Assembly: GCA_963707335.1 (NCBI GenBank)
Contig: CAVPQD010000026.1
Span: forward strand, 9,738-73,737
Source: an uncultured Thermoleophilia bacterium
GTDB lineage: Bacteria > Actinomycetota > Thermoleophilia > UBA2241
DNA length: 64,000 nucleotides
Direction: 5' to 3'
Both the position numbers and the translations under genes were made by a program. Positions 51,964-62,458 of the stretch are shown here, piece after piece (the stretch's first letter is position 1; every line of letters starts with the position of its first letter). The notes beneath the pieces were generated by a model that did not search any database, was not told where the DNA came from, and saw only the letters and a list, made by a program, of their open reading frames with translations.

Positions 51964-53382
51964 CTACTGCGTGAAGGCCTTGAGACAGATGTTGGTGTCG
52001 CCGTAGCCGGGCCTTGACGTGATGTCCGTCCACCGCCCACCGACCCGGATGAAGCTCTGACCGGCGGACGCCGTGGCCGCCGCGTACTTCCTCACCGGCG
52101 CCTCGATCGGCACCGGGTAATTGGTGCCCGGCACGTCAAGTCGCACCGCCACGACGAACTTCCTGCCCTTGCCCACATACATCCGTGGGCTCAACGGTAC
52201 GGTGCAGTAGCCGGCGTCCGCCACCGTGCCTCTGCCTCGCAGGGTCAGGTCGCCGAACGACGGCCCGGCGTACACCCTGTAGGCGGCGTTGGGTGCGATG
52301 GTGTAGAAGCTCGCTGCGGCGACCTTCTGCGACGCCTTGGCGGTGAAGCGGCTGGCGAACATGGCGACGCCGGCGTCGGCGGTGCCGGTGAGCCCGATCG
52401 AGCTCGTCCAGCCGAGCTTGTCGTAGCCGTAGGTCCGCGCGTACGTGCCCACGGGGTCGACGCGGCTGATGGCCATGGACAGGGCCGCACGCGCCAGGAC
52501 CGAGTCGTGGTACGAGACCCAGAAGTAGCCGCCGTCGCCCCAATCGGCGCCCCAGCTGTTGCGCACCAGGAAGGCGCCGTCGCCGGGCGGCTCCGTCGGG
52601 AAGGTGGCGGCGCTGTAGGTATCGTCCCAGCCCACGATCGCGACGCCGTGGTTCGGCTGGGCGCCGCCGGCGTAGTAGAACGCGTGCGCCGTTGCGTCGT
52701 AGACGCCGCCGTCCGCCGCCGGGTAGTACATCTGCGTCGCCACTGCGCCGCTGCTCATCACGGCTGCCTTGATCGCGTCGTCGTCCGCCGCGCTCTGCCG
52801 CGGCGCCAGCAGCACGACGCCCTGCACGTGCTTTCTGACGGGGCTGATGGGCTTTGTCGCCGGGGTGCGGTACGGGTCGGCCCTCTCGGTCAGCGGGCCG
52901 GCCCAGCGGGCAAGGTAGGCGGACGACATCTGATAGTTGCCGCCGTTGGCGTAGGCGCCGACGGCGAAAGGCCCGAAGCCGCTGCGCGTGACCAGGTTGT
53001 CCTCGCTCAGGTCCCACGTCTCCCCGCCGGACAGCAGATGCGACTCGAGCGCCGCCATGGTGCTGAACGCCCAGCACGTGTTGTACCGGCCCTGATCACG
53101 GACGGCGGTGACAAGGCTGGGTGCCGAGTTCACAGGATCCGGGTCACGCAGATCGTACCTGTCGGGCAGGCTGGCGGCGCGCAGCAGCGAGCGTGCCGCC
53201 GCGCCGCGCTGCACCATGATGGGGCTGCGCGTCACGGCGCCGCCCGAGGTGACCTGCTCCCTGAAGACCGGGTCCAGGGGTGCCCGGCTGAGCGACGGCG
53301 TCGCCGGCGCGCCGGTCGGCGTGAGCAGCGCGGCCGCAGCGAGCGTCAGCGCGACCAGCAGCGCGCGCGTCTTCGTGGTCAT
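51964..53382 (-). CDS. Secreted papain-like (C1 family) cysteine peptidase with a C-terminal beta-rich domain
   Basis: Signal peptide (ALLVALTLAAAALLTPTGAPA). Catalytic DQGRYNTCWAFS, NHGVAIVGWDD and RNSWG. Confidence 0.85.
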   Translation of the reverse strand: MTTKTRALLVALTLAAAALLTPTGAPATPSLSRAPLDPVFREQVTSGGAVTRSPIMVQRGAAARSLLRAASLPDRYDLRDPDPVNSAPSLVTAVRDQGRYNTCWAFSTMAALESHLLSGGETWDLSEDNLVTRSGFGPFAVGAYANGGNYQMSSAYLARWAGPLTERADPYRTPATKPISPVRKHVQGVVLLAPRQSAADDDAIKAAVMSSGAVATQMYYPAADGGVYDATAHAFYYAGGAQPNHGVAIVGWDDTYSAATFPTEPPGDGAFLVRNSWGADWGDGGYFWVSYHDSVLARAALSMAISRVDPVGTYARTYGYDKLGWTSSIGLTGTADAGVAMFASRFTAKASQKVAAASFYTIAPNAAYRVYAGPSFGDLTLRGRGTVADAGYCTVPLSPRMYVGKGRKFVVAVRLDVPGTNYPVPIEAPVRKYAAATASAGQSFIRVGGRWTDITSRPGYGDTNICLKAFTQ

Positions 53383-53555
53383 AGGGCCCCCTTTATGGAA
53401 CGGACGTCTGCCGTCTATCTTCGGCAGGGCGCGGCGCCATCTTCAACCCGGCCCTTCTACTGTCATCTTAGGTTAAAGCTGGACCTCGTGAGGGTACGTC
53501 GGGTGTGTGCAGCGTCAACTACCCGAGTCGTTCGGGTGATTCCTGGAGGGGACCG

Positions 53556-53993
53556 ATGACCATCACGCTCACCGCTGAGGAACTTGTAGGCCGCGAGCTA
53601 CTCGACGAGACCGGCCGCGACATCGGAAAGATCACCGACCTGTATGTGGACGAGGACGGCAGGCCGCACTGGCTGCTCGTCGACACCAAGTTCTTCCATG
53701 GCTTCCTGAGCGTCATCCCGGTGACCGACGTCGTCGTGACCGACAGGGGCCTGCACGTGCACTACGACATGGAGAAGCTCACCGGCGCCCCCAACGTCAT
53801 GGGCGACAAGCCCTACGCGCCGCATCGCGAGGGCGTGCTCTACGACTACTACCGCCTTGTCGCGCCGCCCACGGTGACGCAGGCCGCCAACCACGAGGGC
53901 GGGGAGGGCGTGCTGCAGCCGCCGAGCGCCCTGTGCCGCTACTCCACGTACGTCTGCGAGGCCGACAAGCCGCTCGAGTTCAAGACCGAATGA
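53556..53993 (+). CDS. PRC-barrel domain protein
   Basis: GGAGGGG precedes the ATG. LVGRELLDETGRDIGKITDLYVDEDGRPHWLLVD is typical of PRC barrels. Confidence 0.7.
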   Translation: MTITLTAEELVGRELLDETGRDIGKITDLYVDEDGRPHWLLVDTKFFHGFLSVIPVTDVVVTDRGLHVHYDMEKLTGAPNVMGDKPYAPHREGVLYDYYRLVAPPTVTQAANHEGGEGVLQPPSALCRYSTYVCEADKPLEFKTE

Positions 53994-54095
53994 CGCCGGC
54001 GGGCCGCCGCGCGGCGTGCCCGCCGGAGATGATGGCGAGGGGGGCGGCGCCCGCGGCGGGCGCCGCCCCCCTCGCGTTCGCGCTGCCTTGAGCCG

Positions 54096-55478
54096 TCAGT
54101 CGAACAGCTCGGCGACCGCCTCGCCGAACACCTCCGTGTGGCGCTCGACGTCGGCCACGGACGTCTCCGGGCACATCAGAGCCATGTTGTGGAACGGCGT
54201 CATGAGGATGCCGCGGTTGATGGTGTAGAGGTGCATGTACTCGTCGAGCCGGGCGTCGTGCGCCGCGGCCGATTCATTGCCCGTGCGCGGCACGGTGGGG
54301 CAGAAGCGATACTCGGCGCGGGCCCCCAGCTGCACGATCACCCACGGCGCGCCCTGCCGGTCCAGCACGTCCTGCACGCCTCGCGTGTAGCGCGTCGCCA
54401 GCTCGATCATCCGGTCGAAGTTCTCCTCCGTGAGGACGTGCGTGAGGGTGGCTCGGGCCGCGGCCATCGAGAGCGCGTTGCCGGCCAGCGTGCCGCCCAC
54501 GCCGCCCTGGTCGACCAGATCGGCCTCGGTGTCCGCCAGGATGCGTTCGGCGAACTCCGCGCTCACGCCGTAGGCGCCGATGGGGATGCCCGAGGCGAGC
54601 GCCTTGCCGATGGTGACGATGTCCGGCCGCAGGCTCCAGGCGCGCGTGCAGCCGCCGCCGCCGGCGCTGAAGGTGTGCGTCTCGTCGTTGACGAGCAGCG
54701 TACCGGTCTCGTCGCAGAGCTCGCGGACCCGCTGCAGGTAGCCGGCACCGGGCAGCACGATGCCGACGTTCGTCATCGCCGGCTCCATGAGCACCGCGGC
54801 CACGTCGCGCGGTTCGAGCGCCTCGCGCAGGGCCTCCTCGTCGTTGAACTCGACGACCTTGGTGGTGAGCGCCGGGTCGATCTGCGGGCCCACGTTGCCC
54901 GGCTTGCTCATGGGCCCGCCGTCCGTGCCGACGATGATGACGGTCTCGTCCACCGAGCCGTGGTAGCACCTGGAGAACACGAGCACCTTGGGCCGCTTCG
55001 TGACCTGGCGCGCCATGCGCAGCACGAAGCGGTTGGCGTCGGTGGCCGACAGGGTGAACTGCCAGTAGGGCAGGCCGAAGCGGCGCCGCAGGTCCGCGCC
55101 CACGGCGGCGGCGTCCTCCGTCGGGAGCATCGTCGTGATGCCGCCCCTGCCGGCGATGCGTTCGCTCACCGCCGCCATGACGACGTCGGGGGAGTGCCCC
55201 GTCATGGCGCCGGTGTCGCCGAGGCAGAAGTCGATGTAGGTGTGGCCGTCGACGTCGGTGATGCGATCGCCCCTGGCCTCGGTGAAGTACAGGGGGAAGC
55301 CGCCGGACCAGATCGCCATCCAGCTCATGGGGACGCCGGCCAGCAGGGTCCTGCGGGCCTCGGCGAACAGATCGTGTGAGCGCGGGCTGCGCTCCACATA
55401 GGTGCGGCGCTCTCGGACGAGGAGATCCTCGAGGCGGCCGCGGTCGACGGTGCGAAGATCGGTCCACGTAGGGTGCAC
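54096..55478 (-). CDS. Class III (GSA-aminomutase-like) PLP aminotransferase, paralogue 3
   Basis: YIDFCLGDTGAMTGH, ITTMLPTED, CYHGSVDET and VTIGKALASGIP; closely parallels paralogue 1. AGGAGGAAGG lies 5 nt before the GTG at 55478. Confidence 0.9.
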   Translation of the reverse strand: MHPTWTDLRTVDRGRLEDLLVRERRTYVERSPRSHDLFAEARRTLLAGVPMSWMAIWSGGFPLYFTEARGDRITDVDGHTYIDFCLGDTGAMTGHSPDVVMAAVSERIAGRGGITTMLPTEDAAAVGADLRRRFGLPYWQFTLSATDANRFVLRMARQVTKRPKVLVFSRCYHGSVDETVIIVGTDGGPMSKPGNVGPQIDPALTTKVVEFNDEEALREALEPRDVAAVLMEPAMTNVGIVLPGAGYLQRVRELCDETGTLLVNDETHTFSAGGGGCTRAWSLRPDIVTIGKALASGIPIGAYGVSAEFAERILADTEADLVDQGGVGGTLAGNALSMAAARATLTHVLTEENFDRMIELATRYTRGVQDVLDRQGAPWVIVQLGARAEYRFCPTVPRTGNESAAAHDARLDEYMHLYTINRGILMTPFHNMALMCPETSVADVERHTEVFGEAVAELFD

Positions 55479-55571
55479 GAGCCTTCCTCCTGCAGCCGGC
55501 CCGGCGCCCGTCCGCCGGTGGTCGAGAGGGGCTGCGTCGACAGTCGCTGGGGCGGGCGACGGCACGATAGC

Positions 55572-55616
55572 ATTGATTGAACATTCATGCAATATGCGAA
55601 TGTTGGTCCAATCAGT
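55572..55616. promoter_or_regulatory. AT-rich imperfect palindrome (candidate TetR operator/promoters) between divergent genes
   Basis: aTTGATTGAACATTC-N11-GAATGTTggtCCAATCAg has half-site blocks TGATTG and AACATTC mirrored. It is the only AT-rich stretch in the intergenic region. Confidence 0.45.
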
Positions 55617-55726
55617 ACCCGGCGGGCCGGTCCTTTCACCGTTGCGGCGCAGCGGGTACAGTCTGTGCCGGGGCGAGGGCGGCGGAGGGCCGCCCCTGCC
55701 GGACGACGAGGCGCGAAGGAGGACGG

Positions 55727-56326
55727 ATGAGACGCGAGCAGCACGTGGAGTTGCGCCGCCGCGAGATGCTCGCCGCCTACTACCAGGTCCTCATGGAGGA
55801 GGGCCTGCAGGGCGCGTCCATCGCCAAGATCGCGCGCCGCATCGACGCGCCCCCGAGCCTGCTCATCCACTACTTCGGCACCAAGGAGCAGATGACCATC
55901 GAGCTCGTCGACTACCTGCTCGAGGAGTACCGCCACGGCTACGGCGACCGGCTCGCCGCCATCGCCGATCCGCTCGAGCGGCTCCGCGCCATCCTGGACA
56001 CGTTCTTCGACCCGGAGTACCACCAGCTGCTCGACGACAGCGTCTTCTACGCCTGCTTCTACATCAGCCTGCGTCACCCGGAGGTGAGACGCCGTTACGC
56101 CGCGCTCTACGAGACGTCGCTCGAGCTCGTCGAGACGACCATCACCGCGTGCATGAAGGCGGGACACCTGCAGCGCGACGACCCGCACGAGCTGGCCGTC
56201 ACCATCAAGGCGCTGGAGGAGGGCTACGCCTTCCTCATCGGCGGAGGCGCCGACGAGGCCGCCAAGGCGGAGGTGGGCAGCGTCGTCAAGGCGCGCGCGC
56301 TGCGGTTGCTCGGCCTGGCGGCGTAG
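55727..56326 (+). CDS. TetR/AcrR-family transcriptional regulator
   Basis: N-terminal HTH MLAAYYQVLMEEGLQGASIAKIARRIDAPPSLLIHYFGTKEQM. GAAGGAGG precedes the ATG at 55727. Confidence 0.85.
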   Translation: MRREQHVELRRREMLAAYYQVLMEEGLQGASIAKIARRIDAPPSLLIHYFGTKEQMTIELVDYLLEEYRHGYGDRLAAIADPLERLRAILDTFFDPEYHQLLDDSVFYACFYISLRHPEVRRRYAALYETSLELVETTITACMKAGHLQRDDPHELAVTIKALEEGYAFLIGGGADEAAKAEVGSVVKARALRLLGLAA

Positions 56327-56337
56327 GCCGCCGCCAC

Positions 56338-57171
56338 TCAGTTCAGGCCGAAACGGTCCAGTTGGTCTTCGTCGGCGCCGAAGTAGTGCGCCGTCTCGTG
56401 GACCACCGTGATGCGGATCTGCTCGGCCAGGTCGTCCTGGTCCTCCGCCTCGCGCTCCAGGTTACGCTGGAACAGGTGGATCAGGCCGCCGCTTGGCCCC
56501 GGCCCCAGCACCGACTGGTCCGGCATGGCGATGCCGTGGAACAGGCCCAGCGTGCGCGGGTCGAGGCCTTCCAGCACCATCGCCTCCGACGGCCGGTCCT
56601 CCACGAAGACCGGCACGTTGTGCAGGTGCGTCAGGATCTCGTCCGGCAGCTCGTCGAGGGCCGCCGCGGCGGCAGCCTCGAAGTCCTCGCGGCTCATGAC
56701 GGGCTCGGGGTCGTCGCCCGCCGCGTCCAGGCGCAGCACCGCAAGCCACTCCCTGACCATGCCCTTGCGGTCGCCCTTGCGCTCGCAGGCGAGGCCGAGC
56801 AGGTGACGGGCGTCAGCCTCGTCCAGCGGGTCGAGCTCGGGGCCGGCGAGCAGCTCGCGCAGCAGGCGCGCCGCCTCGCCGGGGTCGTCACCGTAGTCGA
56901 GGTAGACCTCCGCCGACCCCAGCCAGGGCTCCGGGTCGTCGGGGTCCGCCTCGCTCCATCTGGCGTAGGCCCCGAGCGCCGCGTCCGGGTCGTCCTGCGC
57001 CAGCCCCAGCTCCGCCTCCAGCTCGAGCACCGCCGGGTCGTCGGGGGCCGCGGCGCGCGCCCGCGCAAGCGCCCGCGCCGCGGCCTTCATGTCGCCGTCG
57101 TCCAGGTGGTCCCAGGCGGCGTCCAGGTCGCGCTCCACGTCGGGGTCGAGTCCGTGTCGTTCGTCGTCCAT
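56338..57171 (-). CDS. Zincin-like metallopeptidase-fold protein (minimal HExxH, DUF1025-like) with an acidic TPR-like N-terminal region
   Basis: C-terminal ITVVHETAHYFG and an acidic helical repeat N-terminus. Confidence 0.65.
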   Translation of the reverse strand: MDDERHGLDPDVERDLDAAWDHLDDGDMKAAARALARARAAAPDDPAVLELEAELGLAQDDPDAALGAYARWSEADPDDPEPWLGSAEVYLDYGDDPGEAARLLRELLAGPELDPLDEADARHLLGLACERKGDRKGMVREWLAVLRLDAAGDDPEPVMSREDFEAAAAAALDELPDEILTHLHNVPVFVEDRPSEAMVLEGLDPRTLGLFHGIAMPDQSVLGPGPSGGLIHLFQRNLEREAEDQDDLAEQIRITVVHETAHYFGADEDQLDRFGLN

Positions 57172-57177
57172 CGACCC

Positions 57178-57183
57178 ACTATA
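57178..57183 (-). promoter_or_regulatory. -10-like TATAGT, 6 nt before the ATG at 57171
   Basis: Minus strand reads cagTATAGTgggtcgATG. Confidence 0.45.
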
Positions 57184-57300
57184 CTGCCTCGCGCTCACGG
57201 CGCGGGCGCGTTTCCGGATCCGGCCTGCCTCGCGCTCCCGCCGCGGGGTGTTGTCGGCGCGGACATCACCCGCGATGTTCCCCGGCAACGAGGTAGGCAG

Positions 57301-57306
57301 TACAAT
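57301..57306 (+). promoter_or_regulatory. -10-like TACAAT upstream of an SD-led gene
   Basis: TACAAT, then about a 25-nt leader containing GGGGGAGG, 6 nt before the ATG at 57333. Confidence 0.4.
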
Positions 57307-57332
57307 GTCACCTATAGAGGGGGAGGTGCGCC

Positions 57333-57815
57333 ATGGCGTATGAGTACCGTCCGAAGGATCCGCGCGGGAAGCTCCGCGAGGTGGTCACGAAGTACCTGTC
57401 CAACATGCGCGTGGCGGGACGGCAGCCGAACCGCGGCGTCGCCTTCGACGCCGCCGCCGCGGACGCCGGCGCGGCGCACACCAGCGGCTGGCTGCTGGAC
57501 GATCACAGGCCTCAGGACGGCGAGAACCGCTACCTGCTGCTGGAGGACGGCGACGTGTGGCACGCCGTGGCCCCTCCGCCGGGTCGGACGGGCGGCCTGG
57601 ACCAGCCCGGCCCATCGCCGGCGCTCGACGCGGCTGTCGACAGATGGCTGGCTGAGCCGAGCGACGATCTCGTCACCCTGCTGGCCAGGTCGCTGTCCGA
57701 CGCCCGCATGGGAGGCTCCGGCTGGCTGGCCGACGGTGAGGCATCAGTGGAGGTCGTGACCGACCGGCGCGCCGGTCGGTCCGGACACCACGGGCCGGAG
57801 CGTCGCCGCGGCTGA
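57333..57815 (+). CDS. Hypothetical protein (160 aa)
   Basis: Strong SD and high GC3. I recognise no motif. Confidence 0.6.
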   Translation: MAYEYRPKDPRGKLREVVTKYLSNMRVAGRQPNRGVAFDAAAADAGAAHTSGWLLDDHRPQDGENRYLLLEDGDVWHAVAPPPGRTGGLDQPGPSPALDAAVDRWLAEPSDDLVTLLARSLSDARMGGSGWLADGEASVEVVTDRRAGRSGHHGPERRRG

Positions 57816-57971
57816 GGCCGGCGCTGGGGCGCCCCGGCGGCGACCCCGGGACGCCAAGGCGGCCGGTGCCGGGTCTCTCCGGCGGCTGGGCGGCGGGCCG
57901 AACGATGGCCCGTGCCTTCGGCCTCTGATATAAGCAACACCGTGAGCGCACCCACCGCTGGTCCCGATCCC

Positions 57972-60900
57972 ATGTCGCAGCGCGGTCTGCCGCGGCGTCT
58001 TGCGCTGGGCGCGGACTTCGGCAAGGTCACGACCTCGCTCGCCGTCGGGGAGCTGGACGCCGACGGAACGGTGCGCGTCGTCGAGACCAGGTCGGAGCGC
58101 CACCTCGGCGATCCCCTGCGCCCCTTCGCCGAGCTCTACGATAGCGTCGATCATCGCCGCGTCGTCGCGATCGCCGCGACCGGCGTCTACGGCGACCGGC
58201 TCACCGCGCCGGCGCTCGGCGGCCTGCCCGAGGAGATCGCGCAGGAGCAGGCCGCCGCCTGGCTGTACCCGGACGGCCCGCTGAACGTCGTCAGGGTCGG
58301 GGGCGGCGGCTACTCGGTACTCGCGCGCGACAGGCACGGTCGCGTGCGCTACGAGGCCAACGAGCGCTGCTCGGCCGGCACCGGCGAGACGGTGGAAGGC
58401 CTGTGCTCGCGTCTCGGGCGCAGCCTCGACGAGGCGGTCGAGCTGGCTCGCTCGAGCCCGGACGCAGTGACCGTGACCAGCCGCTGCGCCGTGTTCGCCA
58501 AGAGCGAGCTCACACACTTCGCCAACCAGGGCGAGTCGCACGGCCGCATCTTCAGCGGGCTGTTCGCCGGTGTCGCCCGCAACGTCCACAGCCTGTACGA
58601 CAAGAGCAAGGTCGACGGCCCGGTGCTGCTCATCGGTCACGGCGCGCTTATCCAGCCCATCGCCCAGGGCCTGGATCGACTGAGCGACCTGCCGGTGAGC
58701 GTGGCCGCCGAGGCCGGCGTGTTCGAGGCGCTGGGGGCGCTGCGGTACGCGGCGACCGACATCCCCTCGCAGGCGCCGGCGTTCCCGCCGTCCGCCGGCG
58801 AGCTCGTGGGACCGCGGCGGCGGCGCATCCAGCGGCTGCGGCCGGCGAACGACGGGCCGGGCTCGGTCGTGCGGCTCGAGGAGCCGCACCGCGCGCCGCT
58901 CGGCTCCGGCGCGCCGGCCGCGCTCGGCCTGGACCTCGGCTCGACGGGCTCCAAGGCCGCGCTGCTCGACGCGGGCACGGGCGCCGTGCTTGCGTCCGTC
59001 TATCGCCGCACCGAGGGAAACCCCGTCGAGGCGGCGCAGGCGCTGGTCGCCGAGGTCGGGGAGATGACGCCGTACCCGGTCGTCGCCGTCGGCCTCACGG
59101 GCTCCGGCAGGGACGCGGCCGCCACCGTCTTCCGCGCCGCCTACCCGGACCTGGGCGCCCGCCTCACCGTCCAGAACGAGATCGTCGCCCACGCCGTCGC
59201 GGCCTCGCGGCTCGACCCGGACGGCGGCCGCAGCCTGTCGATCGTCGAGATCGGCGGCCAAGACGCCAAGTTCATCAACGTCGAGGGCGGCCGCGTCGTC
59301 GACGCGGACATGAACCGCGTGTGCAGCGCCGGCACGGGCTCCTTCCTGGAGGAACAGGCCGGGGCCCACGGCATCGACGACATCGTCGAGTTCGGGCGGC
59401 TGGCTGCGCGTAGCGAGGGGCCGCCGGACCTGGGCCAGACCTGCACCGTGTTCGTCGCCGACGTGGCTGCGGAGGCGCTGGGCGACGGCTTCAGCCGCGA
59501 GGACATCTTCGCCGGGCTACAACAGTCGGTGGTGCGCAACTACCGGAGCCGCGTGATGGGCCAGCGGCGCCTTCTCGGCCGTGTCTTCTTCCAGGGCAAG
59601 CCGGCGACCGACCCCTCCCTGGCGCGCACTCTCGCCGCCGTGCTGGAGCGCGAGGTCTTCGTGCCGGCCGACCCAGGCGCGATGGGCGCCGTCGGCATCG
59701 CGCTGCTCGCGGCGCGCGCCGCGGACGACGCCCTGACAGAGACCACGCCCATCGACCTGCGGCGCGTGCTGGAAGCGCACGTCGGCGGCCGCCGCGAGTT
59801 CCAGTGCAGGGACCGCGACTGTCGCAATCTCTGCCGTCTGGAGCTGGCGGAGATCGACGTGGCCGGGACCCGCGAGAAGGTCGTGAGCGGCGGACAGTGC
59901 CCGAAGTACGACGCGGTGTCGGGGGCGGGCGAGAAGCTGCCCAAGGATGCGCCCAACCCGTTTCGCGAGCGCGAGGAGCTGCTGCGCGAGCTCCTCGGCG
60001 AGGTGGGCCCGGCCGAGGTCGGCGCGGCCATCCCGGCCGGTGAGAAGGCCGGCGCCGACGACGCGGGCGACGCCCGCCTGGCCTCCGGCCTGCGCCTGGG
60101 ACTGCCGTACGCGCACTACCTCATGGATACGCTGCCCTTCTTCCATGCTTTCCTTCGGCGGCTCGGTCATGAGGTCATCGTGCTGCGCCCGGACGACGAG
60201 GCCCTGGCCGAGGGCGACCGCCGCTGCGGCGCGCCGGGGGGGTGCACGCCGGTGAAGCTCCTGCACGGCATGGCCGGGGCCGACGTAGACGTGCTCGTGG
60301 CGCCGGTGTTCGTCCACCTGCCGCTGCCCAACGCCGGCGCTCTCACCTACACCTGCCCGATGGCGCAGGGCGCGCCGGACATGGTGGGGCGCGCCCTGTC
60401 GGCCGAGGGATCGCGCACGCGCGTGCTGCGGCCCGTGCTCTTCGAGCAGGAGGGCGACGACTTCGCCTCGCCGCGCATGCAGCGGGTACTGCGGACCATG
60501 GCGCGGGCGCTAGCCGCGGCGACGCCCGGAAGGCCGGCGCCGTCCGCCGCCGAGGTACGCTCCGCCGCCGGGGCCGCTCTTGCGGCGCAGCGGCGCTTCG
60601 AGGCCGGACTGCGCCGGATCGGCGAGGACGCTCTGGTTTGGGCCCGCGCCCACGGGCATCCCGTCGTTTTGGTCGCCGGCGAGACACACGTCATCCACGA
60701 CGCCGTGCTGGACAGCGGCATCCACGACCTGGTGGCCGCCAACGGCGCCGTGTCGCTGCCCGTCGACTGCTACCCGGTGCCGAGCGACCTGCCGGGCCTG
60801 AGCCGCATCCACTGGGCCAGCGCCGGCCAGACGCTGCGCGCCATGGCGGCCGGCATCGAAGCCGGCGACGTCTTCCCGCTGCTCCTCGGCGCCTACGGTT

Positions 60901-62416
60901 GTGGCCCCAACTCGATGGTCGAGCACCTCGTCGACGACGTGGCGGGGGACTGGCCGCACGCGGTACTGGAAAGCGACGGGCACGGCGGCAAGGCCGGCTA
61001 CGTGACCCGCGTGCAGGCGTTCCTGCACAATGTGAGGTGCCACTGCGCCGCCCCTCACCAAAGCGTGCCTGCGGCGGCTGTGTGCGCGGCTGGCAGGCGG
61101 GGCAGGCCGCCGACGACGAGGCGGCCGCCGGCCGCTCCAGGGAGGACCGCCTGGCCCGCTACGACCGGCCGCTGCCCCGCAGCCTGGACGAGGACGGCTA
61201 CGACCGCTTCTTCTTCGGCCACATCGGCGGCGGCCTCGGCAGGCATCTGGCCGCGGCGATGCGCGGCGCCGGCCTGGACGCCGCCTATGTCGGCGAGGCC
61301 GACGCCGAGGCGCTGCGCTGCGCCGGCGCCGTGTGCTCCGGCAAGGAGTGCCTGCCCTACCAGCTCATCTGGGGCACGCTGGCCCGTTTCCTGCAGGATG
61401 AAGTCCCCGACCTCGACGGCCACAAAGCGCTCTTCCTGAGCGCCGGCAGCGGCTTCCAGGCCTGCCGCGCCAACCTCTTCCCGTTCACGCAGCAGATCGT
61501 CCTGGACCGGCTCGGCAAGAGCGTGGACGTGGCCGATTTCAGTCTGGTGACCGCCAACGTGCGCATGATGCCCGTGGTGTGGACGGCGCTCGTCGCCATC
61601 GACCTGCTCAACATGCTGCGCTTCTACAGCTTGGCGGCGGAGCGGGAGCGCGGCGCGGCCGACGGGCTGTTCGCCGCGTACTCGGAGCGCCTGGAGCGGA
61701 TGCTGGAGCGGCCCCGGCCCGATGCCGGCCTCGCCGGCAACGTCGCCGGGGCTCTCCGCTTCTGCGCCGAGGTCGAGGAGCTGCTCGCGGAGGCGGCCAG
61801 GGACTTCCGCGAGCAGCCCGTGGGCGACACCCGTTCCGCCGACCTGCGCGATGTGTACCTGTGCGGCGACATCTACCTGCGCATCGACGAGTGGGGCAAC
61901 GACGACCTGCAGCGCAAGCTCGCGGACCACGGCCTGCGCGTCATCTTCGAGCCCTTCGGCGAGTTCTTCGAGCTCCTGCAGCTGCGCCAGATCCAGGACG
62001 GCCTGCCGCTGCGCAAACGCCCCGAGAAGGAGGCGGTGCTGCTGACCATGCAGTACATCATCCGTCGCCTGCTCGCCGTGGTGCGGCGCGAGCATCCCTG
62101 GGTGTTCTGGCACGACGTCAGGGAAGTCGACAGGACGAGCCGGCGGCTCACCTCCGGCTATCCCTTCGGCGAGACCATCCCCACCATCGGCGGCGCTCTG
62201 CTGGCGTGGGAGACGCGGCCCGTCGACGGCGTCGTGTCGGTGGCGCCGCGGGGCTGCGGGCCGGCGCTGATCGCCGAGGCGCAGCTGCGCCGCGAGCCGG
62301 GCCTGCCGGCCCTGTTCGTCTACAACGACGGCGACCCGATCGACGAGGCCCGGCTGGCGGGCTTCGCCTGGAGGCTCAGGAGCCGGCCGTCGCGGCGGCC
62401 GGCCGGTCCGCGGTAA
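57972..62416 (+). pseudogene. Giant fused acyl-CoA-dehydratase-activase-like protein (2x BcrAD/BadFG ATPase plus 2x DUF2229/HgdB-like), frame break between about 61035 and 61130
   Basis: ATPase units LGADFGKVTT...ERCSAGTGETVEG and LGLDLGSTGSKAAL...NRVCSAGTGSFLEEQ. Cys cluster CRDRDCRNLCRLE...GGQCPKYD. After VQAFLHNV the protein continues in another frame (RLARYDRPLP...CSGKECLPYQ...VAPRGCGPAL). Span is 3n+2. The start could be 57912, 57942 or 57972. Confidence 0.8.
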
Positions 62417-62458
62417 GGCGCCGGGCGGGGCGCTCGCGAGCGCGCCGCCCATCTCGAC

